Position numbers and translations under genes: made by a program
Source of the DNA: Candidatus Binatia bacterium
GTDB lineage: Bacteria > Desulfobacterota > Binatia > HRBIN30
DNA length: 64,000 bases
Assembly: GCA_937925685.1 (NCBI GenBank)
Contig: CALAMI010000008.1
Coordinates: 142,191-206,190, forward strand
Reading direction: 5' to 3'
Notes under the pieces: model-generated
The model's database searches: none
Told to the model about the DNA's origin: nothing
Seen by the model: only the letters and a program-made list of their open reading frames with translations
Part shown: piece by piece, positions 29,501 to 39,600 of the stretch
Numbering within the stretch: the first letter of the stretch is position 1
How the letters are laid out: each line of letters starts with the position of its first letter

Positions 29501-32098
29501 CTACAAGTCTGCACCGAGTTGCAACACTTCCAGCTCGTTTTGATCGATCTGGATTCGCGCCACGCGACGCCGCCATGGATAGAACAGTGGAGCATCGTCG
29601 GAGATCTGACGTGCCACGGCTAAAAGCGAGCCGTTGTCGACCCAAGCAACTTGGAAGAAATCGAGTTCTGGGTCGGCCCAGGCCTTCACCTCTTGCTCGG
29701 TTAGGTCCAACACGTAAACTTGGCGCCTTGTACGGGGGTACTGGCGTTTCGGCGCCGCCACTAGGGCGAGCTGACTTGCGTCGGGGCTGAGCGTCATGTC
29801 ACTGAGCATCACCGCGCCTTGCACCAAAGCACGCGCTGGCGTGCCTGCGGGCGAAATCTCCCAAATATCCCATACGGGACCAGTTGCGATCCCCACGAGT
29901 AAGGATTCATCCGCACCCTTCCAGGCCACGAAGTGCAGATACTTTTCCCAAGCCAACAGAGTTTCCATCGGACTTGCCGCCCCTCTCCAGAGCAACAACG
30001 AACCCTCTCCCCCACGGTTGGCCACGAGCGCAAGGTGCCCCGCATTCGGCAATGGTACCAGCGTTTCGATACTGGCCCCCGGCACCTGCAACACAGTGTG
30101 TGAGCGTCCGGCGGGGCCGTAGCGCACCACTTTGTCCCCGATAGCGGCCAGAATTGCCCCGCCGTCGGAAGGAACTGCTGCTGTTCCGGCTCCGATCGCC
30201 CGACGGCTGCCATCGGCTTCTAGAACTACGACGAGTCCCTGCCCCGGTGTGGCGGTAGCCACATTTACGACGAACCAGCCGTGGTCACGATCCAAAGACG
30301 GGGCTTGGAGAAGTCCGCTTTCGAACTGCCACTCCTTTACGTCCTCTGGCGACACACGCAAACGGGCTCGCGCTCTAGACCACGGGAATGGCTCGCCCGT
30401 GACTACCAAAGTACCACGCTCGCTTGGCCTGACGAACAGTGGTTCCTCGCGTCTAGGGTAACGGTTGTTCTCACGGTTCAAGTCTGCCCACTGCAAGTAG
30501 GGATCGACGAGAACTTCCGCATCGGCGTTGTTCAGCCGAATTTCACTGGGAGGAACAAGCTCCAGGCGGCGAGGCTCGGCAGAGCCGGGCTCGCGGATGA
30601 CCACCGTCACTGGCCACTGTGCTTTCGCGCTTCCCACGTTGCTGAGGATCAAGGTTCCGGGAGAGACCGCGTCTACGGCGAGGTCCAGCGTTTGCCGGCC
30701 GCTGACGAAGGATTCGAAGAAATCGCCGAGAGATTGGCCACTCACCCGCTCGAAAACTTCCTGGACCTCAGAGGCGCCAATTTCCCGCGTCGCGTGTTTC
30801 TGCAGAATCTCCCGCAAGGCAGTAAGAAAAACATCGTTACCAACGATATGGCGCAGCATCCACAAGACGTAGGCGCCCTTTCGGTAAATGGTTTCGCGAC
30901 CGTGCGCTTGGGGTAGTGCGTTGTCGAGGACTGTCATATCGGCAAGCGCCTTTTGATTTCGTGGATCGTAAAATTCCCCGAGCAAGCGCTTCACTACTGC
31001 GTCTGCACCGTACACCGCCTCGGTAGCGAGAAGACTACTTAACTCAGCGAAACCCTCGATGATCCATTGGGCGGCGTTGCGGGTGCGTAACCAGCCCCCG
31101 GTCACCGTTCCTCCCCACCAGCAATGCGCGAGTTCGTGGGTGACGAGTGCAAAGCCAGCATCCTCGCTTGCTAAAGCTCGGCGCGGAATGCCGACCACCC
31201 CCGCCCCGTCATGAAAGCCGCGGCTCAATGTGGGGTGCACGAACAAACTCGTGAGCGGGAGGCGACAGGGGCCCAAGCGGTTGGCAAGTGCTTGGTAGCC
31301 GTTTTCCATGGTGTCGAGGAGCGCCTCGGGGTCGAGATTTTCTCCCACCGGCACGTAGGCACGCAGCCGTTGCGTACCCGCCCAGCGCTCGTGGTACCGG
31401 TAGGCACCTGCTACGAGCCCAAAGCCGGCAATCGGCTGATCGCTCTCCCAGCGGTGTTCGCGATGTCCTCCTCGCCACGATACCTCTGTAGCTGGTCCGC
31501 TTGCGACCAGCTCCCACGTACTCGGTAGTTGAACGCGTGCTACCAAAGAAAAGAAATTTTGCGCATCCAGCGGATACCAGAGACAGTGCGGACTGAGCAA
31601 AACCTCGGCCGCATCGATGCGGCAGTCCTCTGGCTGCAAGCGTGGGCTACCTTCATAATCGACTCGAACTTCCTGGATGGAGTCCGTTCGCAGAGCCATG
31701 GGAATTTGCACCACAGGGCCGAGCTGCACCCAAGGTAAGGGGGTCGGCGCTCCTTTGGGGCCGAGGCGTTGAACTCGCACGATACGAAAACCGGGGTCGA
31801 GAAGAAGATAGATTGCCGCCCGATCGCGCTGAAGAATGCGCACCCGCAGCGTTGCCGCGGCAACGAGTTCCCTCTGTTTCGCTTTCACCCGGGCGTCGAG
31901 AGTTAGAGCTTCGATCTGCTGCCCGATAAACACGGAATGCAGCCGCCCCAAGGCTTGTCGCATGACAGCAAGGTCGGCAGTGTGCACAGTGTGCCAACAG
32001 AGAAACGCGACGATGGTGAAGAGCACTGCCACCGTCCATCCACCCAGCTCGGCCACCCCAATGACCAGTCGGGCAACTGTTCGAGCCCACGTAAGCAT
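29501..32098 (-). CDS. M1-family (gluzincin) aminopeptidase-like protein with N-terminal TM and C-terminal propeller-like region
   Basis: HELAH..WW, W..EGFAE, Y.KGA.VL.MLR motifs. Confidence 0.8.
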   Translation of the reverse strand: MLTWARTVARLVIGVAELGGWTVAVLFTIVAFLCWHTVHTADLAVMRQALGRLHSVFIGQQIEALTLDARVKAKQRELVAAATLRVRILQRDRAAIYLLLDPGFRIVRVQRLGPKGAPTPLPWVQLGPVVQIPMALRTDSIQEVRVDYEGSPRLQPEDCRIDAAEVLLSPHCLWYPLDAQNFFSLVARVQLPSTWELVASGPATEVSWRGGHREHRWESDQPIAGFGLVAGAYRYHERWAGTQRLRAYVPVGENLDPEALLDTMENGYQALANRLGPCRLPLTSLFVHPTLSRGFHDGAGVVGIPRRALASEDAGFALVTHELAHCWWGGTVTGGWLRTRNAAQWIIEGFAELSSLLATEAVYGADAVVKRLLGEFYDPRNQKALADMTVLDNALPQAHGRETIYRKGAYVLWMLRHIVGNDVFLTALREILQKHATREIGASEVQEVFERVSGQSLGDFFESFVSGRQTLDLAVDAVSPGTLILSNVGSAKAQWPVTVVIREPGSAEPRRLELVPPSEIRLNNADAEVLVDPYLQWADLNRENNRYPRREEPLFVRPSERGTLVVTGEPFPWSRARARLRVSPEDVKEWQFESGLLQAPSLDRDHGWFVVNVATATPGQGLVVVLEADGSRRAIGAGTAAVPSDGGAILAAIGDKVVRYGPAGRSHTVLQVPGASIETLVPLPNAGHLALVANRGGEGSLLLWRGAASPMETLLAWEKYLHFVAWKGADESLLVGIATGPVWDIWEISPAGTPARALVQGAVMLSDMTLSPDASQLALVAAPKRQYPRTRRQVYVLDLTEQEVKAWADPELDFFQVAWVDNGSLLAVARQISDDAPLFYPWRRRVARIQIDQNELEVLQLGADL

Positions 32099-32235
32099 GC
32101 GCGGGGTTCATACGTATGCTGGCTAGGGGATGTCAATGTACGCCAGATCAGGAACCCCAGTGGAGCGCGAGCTACGCAAGTGGTTGACACCTTCGCTCAG
32201 GCTGGCGACACTCGGGAATACGCTGTAGAGGAGCC

Positions 32236-32781
32236 ATGAAGACGTCGACTGGAATGCGTTGGCTGAAAGAGCTGTGGTTGGTCGTTCGAGTGGTGGGAAC
32301 GTTCTTGCTGATTATTCTCCTCGTGTTCTTGGCGAGCGACTACGCACCCGTGGCGGAGCGGGTGAATTTCGCTGTCTGGATGGCCCGCTTCGCTACATGG
32401 GGGAGTTCGTTTTTTCTGCAACTTCTTGGTCCCCTTCTGGGTTTTGCCGTGTCCGTGGATGGAACCCGGATCAGCGCTGGTGGTTTCGCAGTCGACGTGA
32501 CCGAAGCGTGCTCCGGTGTGGTCCCGACAGCAATTTACAGCGCTGCTGTGATCGCATACCCGGCATCGTGGAGCGCTCGCTGCGTCGGGTTGGCACTGGG
32601 GGCCGTGGTGATTCATGCGTTGAACGTGTTGCGGGTGGTGGGGTTGTTTTTGGTTGGTCTGTTTGCCAACCCCTACTTTCACTACACACATGTGTACTTG
32701 GCTCAGGCGTTGATCATCGTCGCCGCGGTGGCCACGTGGCTTTATTGGGCGCAACGGTTCGTGAATGTCTCTAGCCGTTGA
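32236..32781 (+). CDS. xrtH: Exosortase/archaeosortase family transpeptidase, exosortase H-like
   Basis: Multi-TM; catalytic Cys in EACSG, Arg in LNVLR, His in FHYTHVY; subfamily H inferred from size, motifs and neighbour. Confidence 0.8.
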   Translation: MKTSTGMRWLKELWLVVRVVGTFLLIILLVFLASDYAPVAERVNFAVWMARFATWGSSFFLQLLGPLLGFAVSVDGTRISAGGFAVDVTEACSGVVPTAIYSAAVIAYPASWSARCVGLALGAVVIHALNVLRVVGLFLVGLFANPYFHYTHVYLAQALIIVAAVATWLYWAQRFVNVSSR

Positions 32782-33382
32782 GCCGCTGAAGTTCCTTGGC
32801 CGCCTATTGGTGGCGTTTGTCGCGTTCTTTGCTGCCTGGCTCGCTATTGGCCCGGCGTACACGTCCATGTTGGCAGCGTTGGCTGAGCTTACGGTGAGCG
32901 TCGTGGATCGGCCGACGCACGTTTGGTCCCAAGGAACTACTGTGTTCTTTTGGCCTCGGGGCTACCCGGTGCCGACAGCCCCTCCGAGTATTGCCGCGGA
33001 GTGGATTCAAGCGAACACAATTTTGCTTCTTGCCTTGATGGTTGCCACCGCGGCCCCAACATGGCGAGCCAAGGGCAAACGCATGCTCATCGCTCTTGTC
33101 CTGGTGCTCCTCTGGCAGGTCCTCGATGTTACCTTGGCCATTGAGTTCGGGTATGCCACGCAGTTGGATCCTTATTCGTACAATGCTGCTACAAGATACC
33201 GGCTCGCCTTGTTTACGAACTTGGCCATGTACTTGGACACGCAAATCATTCCGTTCATGATTTGGGCGGGTATTCACTTCCGTGAGTTGTTAGCGATTGC
33301 AGGCACAGTGCACGGCAGGGAAGCTCTGGCTGGGGGGCGGGCACGCCGTGGAAGGGCGACGTCGAAACGTTATTCCGCTTGA
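32765..33382 (+). CDS. Exosortase-associated integral membrane protein
   Basis: Overlaps the exosortase gene; about 4 TM helices; LLLALMVATA. Confidence 0.65.
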   Translation: MSLAVEPLKFLGRLLVAFVAFFAAWLAIGPAYTSMLAALAELTVSVVDRPTHVWSQGTTVFFWPRGYPVPTAPPSIAAEWIQANTILLLALMVATAAPTWRAKGKRMLIALVLVLLWQVLDVTLAIEFGYATQLDPYSYNAATRYRLALFTNLAMYLDTQIIPFMIWAGIHFRELLAIAGTVHGREALAGGRARRGRATSKRYSA

Positions 33383-36300
33383 ATCGACTCCAACCGGAAA
33401 AGGTGAGGCGCAAGTGCCCGGGCGGTACTCTCTATTTCGATCCATAGGGTAACAGGACCTGAAAACGGCTGCGACCTGGCCGCGGCAATCCGCAAGTGCC
33501 CGCCGCTCGCGCGTTGGGCTAACAGCGTTCCAGCTCGAGCATCCCCAGTTAACCGTGCCCGTACCGCTTGGAGCGCTGCTGGTTCATAACGAATCGAAAC
33601 CTCGAGGGCGGTGAACGGGACGGGAGAAAGGATGTTGTAAGGGAAGCGGTGAACCATCGTGCGGCCACGCCGTGTCAGGCGCGGCGACCCCCGGTGGAGT
33701 CTAACCGGCGCATCGATAGCGAGCGTCGACGAAGCTTGCCACGACCCGTTCACGTCGCCCAAGAATATACCGATGAAGTTCTGGCCGCCCGCTGCCTCTA
33801 GTAAAGGAGTGTAAGCAATAGCTCCAGCGATACATGGAACGGCGGAGGGTTGGGGTGAAATGAGTTGCTGGTTCGGTAGCGGATCAGGTAGGGGTAAAAA
33901 GATCCACGGCGATCCACAGTGGCTGGCTGCCGGGAAAGCCCCGATGGCACCGACAACGTACTGAAGAACGAGCGCAGCGTCTGCAGCCGTTACCTGGCCA
34001 GAGGCGTTCACATCCGCGGCGAGAAGCGCGGCGGCATCGAGGGAGCGCATACCCACGAGGTACTGCAAAATGGCCACCGCATCGCTTGCGCTGACCGGTG
34101 AAATAGCAAGCGCGAGGCTAGACGATGGCTCGAGTTGCAAGGGGCCCGTCGGCACGGAGGTAAAAGCAAACGTTCCGTTGCCGTCTGTAATTGTCTCGAT
34201 CGGTGGGTTGGTGAGACGCACCCGAACCCCAGCCATCGGCCGCCCGTTGCCATGATACCGAACAGTGCCGGAGACCGAGGTGGTAGGTACCGGCGTGAAT
34301 GTGGGGGAGGGAGTGATGGAAGGCGTGCGTGTGGGACTCGCAGAGGCACTTGGAGAAGGCGTGCGGGTAGGGGTGCTGGATGCAGTGGCTGTGCGGCTAG
34401 CCGTTTGCGATGGAGTTGCGGTGACGGTGGCCGAAGGAGTGGCTGTGAGAGAGGGCGTAGCGGTACGTGTGGAGGTGAAGGGTACGGTTGGAGTGGGCGT
34501 TCGAGTAGGCGTCGTCGTTCGCGTGTCCGTGGCTGTTGGGGTCCATGTGCTTGTGGGTGAGGAGGAAGGGGTTGGGGTCGCCGTTGGTGTGAGGCTCGGT
34601 AAAGGTGTGTGAGTAGCTGTTGGGGTTGCGGTCAGCGTGTGCGTAAAAGTGGGTGTCAGGGTCGGTGAACGGGAAGGCGTTAACGTCCATGTAGCTGTTG
34701 GCGTCCGGGTAGGCGTGAGAGTCATCGTGAACGTGGGTGGGAGAGTGTGAGTCGCGGTTGCAGTTGACGAGGGCGTAGCCGTCGACGACGGGGTAGCCGT
34801 CTGGGTTGGCGACGACGTGTGAGTCGGACTCAGTGTTATTGTCGGGGTTTGGGTCGGCGGCAAAGTGGACGTGCTCGTTGGCGTTTGCGACGGCGTTCCT
34901 GTTGCGGTCGGCGTGGGTGTTTCCGTGGCAGTTGCGGAGATCGTCGCCGTCCACGTGAAGGTGGCAGTCGCACTGGGCGTAGGGGTAAATGAAGGTGTCC
35001 GGCTGGCGGTTGCCGTTCGCGACGGGGTTGCGGTTGCCGTTGCAGTGCGCGTAGGTGTGGCCGTCGGGGACGGGGTAAAGGTGCGGCTGGGAGTGATCGT
35101 AAAGGTCGTGCTAGGGGTACGCGTGGGTGTGGGCGTTGGCGAGAAGCTGCGGGTTGGCGATGAGCTTGGTGTCGCTGTGGGCGATCGGCTTGGGGTCCAA
35201 GTGGCTGTGGCCGTAACGGTTGGAGTCTCCGTTGCGGTGCGGGTTTCTGTCGGCGTAAACGATGGGCCTGTGTATGGGTAGACGAACTGCATTGCAGCGA
35301 TGTCATCCGCGCGTACTTGAGCACAACGTCCATCGTTGTGGGCTCGATAGTACATGGTGGCGTCCTTCAGCGTGAAGTTCGGTTCTGTCGGGTTTTCCGA
35401 CGAATGTCCGAGCCCGATACTGTGGCCCACTTCGTGAGTCAGTACCTCGGCAACTAGACAGGGCGTCCAGAAACTAGGGCACTGGCTCGACCACCCATTG
35501 TTGAGCACGATCTTGCCTGTAGTGATGGCAATGAAAGTCGTTCCGTTGACGGTCTTTTGGCTGATGGTGCTCGAACAATACCCCCCGATGCCTAGGGTTC
35601 CCGAACAGTTACTCGGATCGGAGATTTCTCCTCGTGGGTCGTCAAAAATGATTCGATTGTAGGCGCAGCCTCCATATCCTAGGGGTGTCGGAGTCGGGAA
35701 ACCTGGAGCCGGTGTGGGCGTGGGAGCGATGAGCCCCCCATAATCGAGCACCAGTCCTGCCCCCGGCACGCTGCTCCACGCAGCCAATGCATCGCTCACC
35801 GCTTGTATGGACGCAGCAACACCAAGGCCTGCGTCGGTAGTGCTCACATACGACACGGGCGTACCTGTGTCTGCCTCATGCCAGCGGGCCGGCGGGCTAC
35901 CGAGCAACGTGAACGCTGCGTGGTACTCGTAGAGCCCGTCGTCCGGTCCGGCCGGGATTGTGGGAGTGGGTCTAGGTAGAGGTGAAGAATGGACCGAGGG
36001 AAAACCAACCAGGTGCCGAACGCGCTCGACGAATGCCTGCAAATCTTCTTCGCGAGGGGCTGGCGAGACAAAGGCTCCATCGGGATTGAGCAGCGCTGTG
36101 CCCTGGCCGAGCTCCCGCACCACGACCGAGGTGCCATTGCCACGGCGGCGAATGCCGAATTTACCCCAGCCCAGGGAGTTTGTTTGCCACACACCGCCCC
36201 CGTTTCGCACGAGGAACAGGAGGACTTCTTCCTGCAGGAAAAACTGGGGTGCGCCGAAAATCCACTCGATGCGGTCGGCCACTTGGCCACCAGGCAGTTG

Positions 36301-36558
36301 CAACACCACACTGGGCTCGACGATGGGTCCCTTGAGAACCTCGTAAACCTCGATGGTGATGCGAGTGACAATGCTTTGGTCGATCTCGTCGATAAAGGAG
36401 CCGATGGCGGAGACGCGGCCGAGAACGATCGCTTCCGAGCTTTCCACTAGCACTTCATCGCTCATCGGCACGAAAGTCGTAGCCTCGCTCGTCGATCGGA
36501 GGGGGACAGTCGAGAGGAAGGTCAAAGAAAGGAACCACACGTGAAATTTGCGATTCAT
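33370..36558 (-). CDS. Secreted matrixin-like (metzincin) metalloprotease with Pro/Thr linker, dockerin-like and cohesin-like C-terminal modules
   Basis: Signal peptide; HEVGHSIGLGH and ATMY Met-turn; ASDAVAILQY...DVNASGQVTAADA.LVLQY; C-terminal LEVSIRYEP..L...G.LRIAAA. Confidence 0.85.
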   Translation of the reverse strand: MNRKFHVWFLSLTFLSTVPLRSTSEATTFVPMSDEVLVESSEAIVLGRVSAIGSFIDEIDQSIVTRITIEVYEVLKGPIVEPSVVLQLPGGQVADRIEWIFGAPQFFLQEEVLLFLVRNGGGVWQTNSLGWGKFGIRRRGNGTSVVVRELGQGTALLNPDGAFVSPAPREEDLQAFVERVRHLVGFPSVHSSPLPRPTPTIPAGPDDGLYEYHAAFTLLGSPPARWHEADTGTPVSYVSTTDAGLGVAASIQAVSDALAAWSSVPGAGLVLDYGGLIAPTPTPAPGFPTPTPLGYGGCAYNRIIFDDPRGEISDPSNCSGTLGIGGYCSSTISQKTVNGTTFIAITTGKIVLNNGWSSQCPSFWTPCLVAEVLTHEVGHSIGLGHSSENPTEPNFTLKDATMYYRAHNDGRCAQVRADDIAAMQFVYPYTGPSFTPTETRTATETPTVTATATWTPSRSPTATPSSSPTRSFSPTPTPTRTPSTTFTITPSRTFTPSPTATPTRTATATATPSRTATASRTPSFTPTPSATATFTWTATISATATETPTPTATGTPSQTPTSTSTLPPTQTPTITLSPTHTSSPTQTATPSSTATPSSTATATHTLPPTFTMTLTPTRTPTATWTLTPSRSPTLTPTFTHTLTATPTATHTPLPSLTPTATPTPSSSPTSTWTPTATDTRTTTPTRTPTPTVPFTSTRTATPSLTATPSATVTATPSQTASRTATASSTPTRTPSPSASASPTRTPSITPSPTFTPVPTTSVSGTVRYHGNGRPMAGVRVRLTNPPIETITDGNGTFAFTSVPTGPLQLEPSSSLALAISPVSASDAVAILQYLVGMRSLDAAALLAADVNASGQVTAADAALVLQYVVGAIGAFPAASHCGSPWIFLPLPDPLPNQQLISPQPSAVPCIAGAIAYTPLLEAAGGQNFIGIFLGDVNGSWQASSTLAIDAPVRLHRGSPRLTRRGRTMVHRFPYNILSPVPFTALEVSIRYEPAALQAVRARLTGDARAGTLLAQRASGGHLRIAAARSQPFSGPVTLWIEIESTARALAPHLFRLESIQAE
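34290..35270 (-). repeat. Pro/Thr/Ser-rich (T-x-T-P) low-complexity stalk
   Basis: About 320 aa of TPT/TAT repeats; boundaries approximate. Confidence 0.85.
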
Positions 36559-36664
36559 ATGCGATCCTTCGTCCGACTGTGTTGCCTCGGTTAATTTGAT
36601 GCCTGGGTGCGTGCCCGCTTACAAGCGATAAATTTTGGTAGCCTCTCCCCCGAGGCAGCTCGTG

Positions 36665-39600
36665 TTACTCGAGGAGCGCACTCTGAATTCGAATCGCACC
36701 GGCACGGAGTCTAACGGGGCCATCGAACACGAGCCAGGCGACAGCCTCTTGTCCGCTGCGAGCTTCGATGCGCGCCAGGGCAAGAGCCACGGAACCGGAT
36801 TCGACGTGGTAGGCGGTGAGCGATTTGTAGCCCTGGTCAGGAAGCACGACCCGCGGCGGGTCAAGCCGAGCGCCGTCGAACCACACGCGAATGGTTGCGG
36901 CGTTCCACGGTGTTTGCGAAGCGATGGTGATGGGAACGCGCCATGTCCGCCGGTGGCGTATGGCTTTCCCCACACGGACAAGCGCTCGTTGGGACGAAGC
37001 CACACTGACGCGCTGGGAGCGGGCCACCATTCCCGAAGCAGCAGGTGCGAAGCTCCCGTTACAGTCGCCCACCATCCCCGTCACGAAATCAATGCCGCTC
37101 ACGTCGCTCGTGGCAGCGGCTAGCGACACTTGTAGCACAGAGCTGCAACTTTCCCTGCGAGCTGGAGTAGGGGTGGCCATCGGAGGTAAGGGGCCGTGAG
37201 GTTGCACAGCCCAGGTGCCGACGCATGACTGAGGGCCGAGAGCCCCAACGACATAACTTAGAATCATCGCTGCGTCTTTGGCGGTGATCGACCCGCTGCC
37301 GTCGGCGTCGCAAACCGCTCGCTGCAGCGTTGAGAGTTCCTCTAAGCCGGTAGCGGCCCGCAACACGACGACGGCATCGCTCGCCGTGACAGTCGACTGG
37401 TTGTTGGTGCCTCGGGGAACGAGCCCCTGTGCTTCCTCAGGAAGCGGAACCACGTTTACCTGACCTACCGGAACTTGTTCGATTTGATAGATCCCGTTGG
37501 GCCCAGTAGTCGCGCTTCGAATGACGCCATTGCTCTCAGCCTGCACCGGAACATCGGGAAGTGGCTGACCTGGCACAAAGTACGCGACGGCACCACTCAA
37601 GCGAATCGCTCCGACTGTGGGGGTAGCCGTCGGCGAGGGGTTCGGGGTGACCGTTGCGGAACGTGTCGGCGTTCCAGTGTGCGTGGGTGTGCTGGTCGAC
37701 GTTGGCGTCGGTGTGCGGCTCGGTGTTGCCGAATTGCTTGGCGACGCCGAAGCCGTCGGAGTTCGCGTCGGCGTCGAGGTTACCGTACTCGTGTTTGTTG
37801 GGGTGGCAGAAGGGGTTCGGGTCAGAGTCGCCGTGAGGGTTGGTGACGGTGTCGCAGTGACGGTGGGAGTGCGTGTGGTCGTGTTCGTTGCCGTCGGTGT
37901 GCGCGACGGGGTGTACGTTCGTGTTAGAGTGGGTGTCGTTGTTGCGGTGGCGCTGGGAGTGGCTGTGCGCGTGGGGGAAGAGGTAGGGGTAAACGTGTGA
38001 GTCGGTGTGCGGGACGGAGTTGGTGTCAGCGTGGGAGAGGGCGTGTTGGTTGGGGTACGGGTAGCGGTCTGTGACGGAGTGTGGGATGGGGTCGAGGTCG
38101 ACGTGAAGGTGGGGGTGTTGCTGCGCGTGGGGGTGGAACTGCGGGTGAATGTTGGCGTGAAGGTGTTCGTTGGCGTTGGTGTGGCCGTTGGGGTAAAGGT
38201 TTGCGTCGGGGTACGTGAACGGGTCTGGGTTGCGGTGTGAGTGGGCGTAGCTGTCCGCGTCGCCGTAAACGTGGGGGTTCGGGTACTCGTCGAGGTGAAG
38301 GTATTCGTTGGGGTGAATGTTTCCGTCGGAGTACTAGAAGGGGTCCAGGTCGGTGTCCAAGTTGGTGTCGCTGTTCGGGTCGGCGTAAAGCTGGGCGTGG
38401 CTGTGAAGGTTGACGTCGGTGTCCAGGTAGGGCTCAGGGAATTCGTGGGCGTGGAGCTTGCCGTCTTCGTTGGTGTGGGCGAAGCTGTTGGTGTCGCCGA
38501 GGCAGTTGTCGTCGGGGTTGCGGCCACAGTTGCCGTGAATGTCGCCGGCGGACGAAGTGTGCTAGTGGGCGTAGGCGAGCTGGTAGCAGTCGGTGGGGTG
38601 AAAGCTAGACTGGCAACGCGGATTCTCGCGGAGTCAGGCACGGAGAGGAAGAGGTGCCCGTCTTTGTCGATGGTAAGACCGGTGACGCGACTGAGCCCTG
38701 CCTCCAGTGCCGAGCCGCCATCGCCGGAATCTCCGAGACTACCGCTGCCAGCCACGGTGGTGATAACTCCGGTGACCATATCCACGCGGCGAATGCGATA
38801 ATTGCCGGCGTCGGCAATCAACAAGTTGCCAAATCGGTCGAAAGTGATGCGGGTCGGCCCAGAAAGCAGGGCTTGGGTTGCAGGCCCGCCGTCACCACCA
38901 AAGCCAGCCCAACCAGTGCCTGCGACTCGTTCGAGGAGCCCGCCACGAATGCGTCGCACAACGTTGTTTCCTCGATCCACGAAATACACGTTGCCGTCGG
39001 GGCCAAGGGCAACGTCCGTGGGAGCGCCAAGTGGCGACTGAGCGGCAACGGCGCCATCGGGTGGGTTGCCCCAACTCCCGTTGCCGGCGACGGTGGTGAT
39101 GATTCCGCCTTCCACCTTGCGGATGCGGTTGTTTTGAAAATCGGCAATGTAAGCGATGCTTCCATCCGCTGAAACAGCAACCGCGTAGGGGTTGGCCAGT
39201 GTGGCTTGAGTCGCTGGAATGTTATCGCCGTTATATCCAAACCCGCCTGTACCTGCGATTGTAGAAATGATGCCGCTGGCAGCGTCAAGTTTGCGGACGC
39301 GGTGGCCGCCCAACTCAACGATGTAAAGGTTGCCGAAGCTGTCGCTGTCCACGTCGAAGGGATTCGTGAGTTGCGCGGCAATGGCTAGTCCGCCATCACC
39401 ACACGATGAGCCCGAGCCACAAGGCGTTCCGTTACCGGCAACAGTCGTGATTGTACCGGAGAGCGAACTCACCATGCGCACGCGATGATGGGCGCTGTCG
39501 GCGACGTAAAGCTCGAAGCCGCCACCAGTCGCTAGCGGCCGGAGGAAAAGCCCCATCGGATCGAGCAGGGCATTTTTAGCGACACCTCCATCGCCAACGC

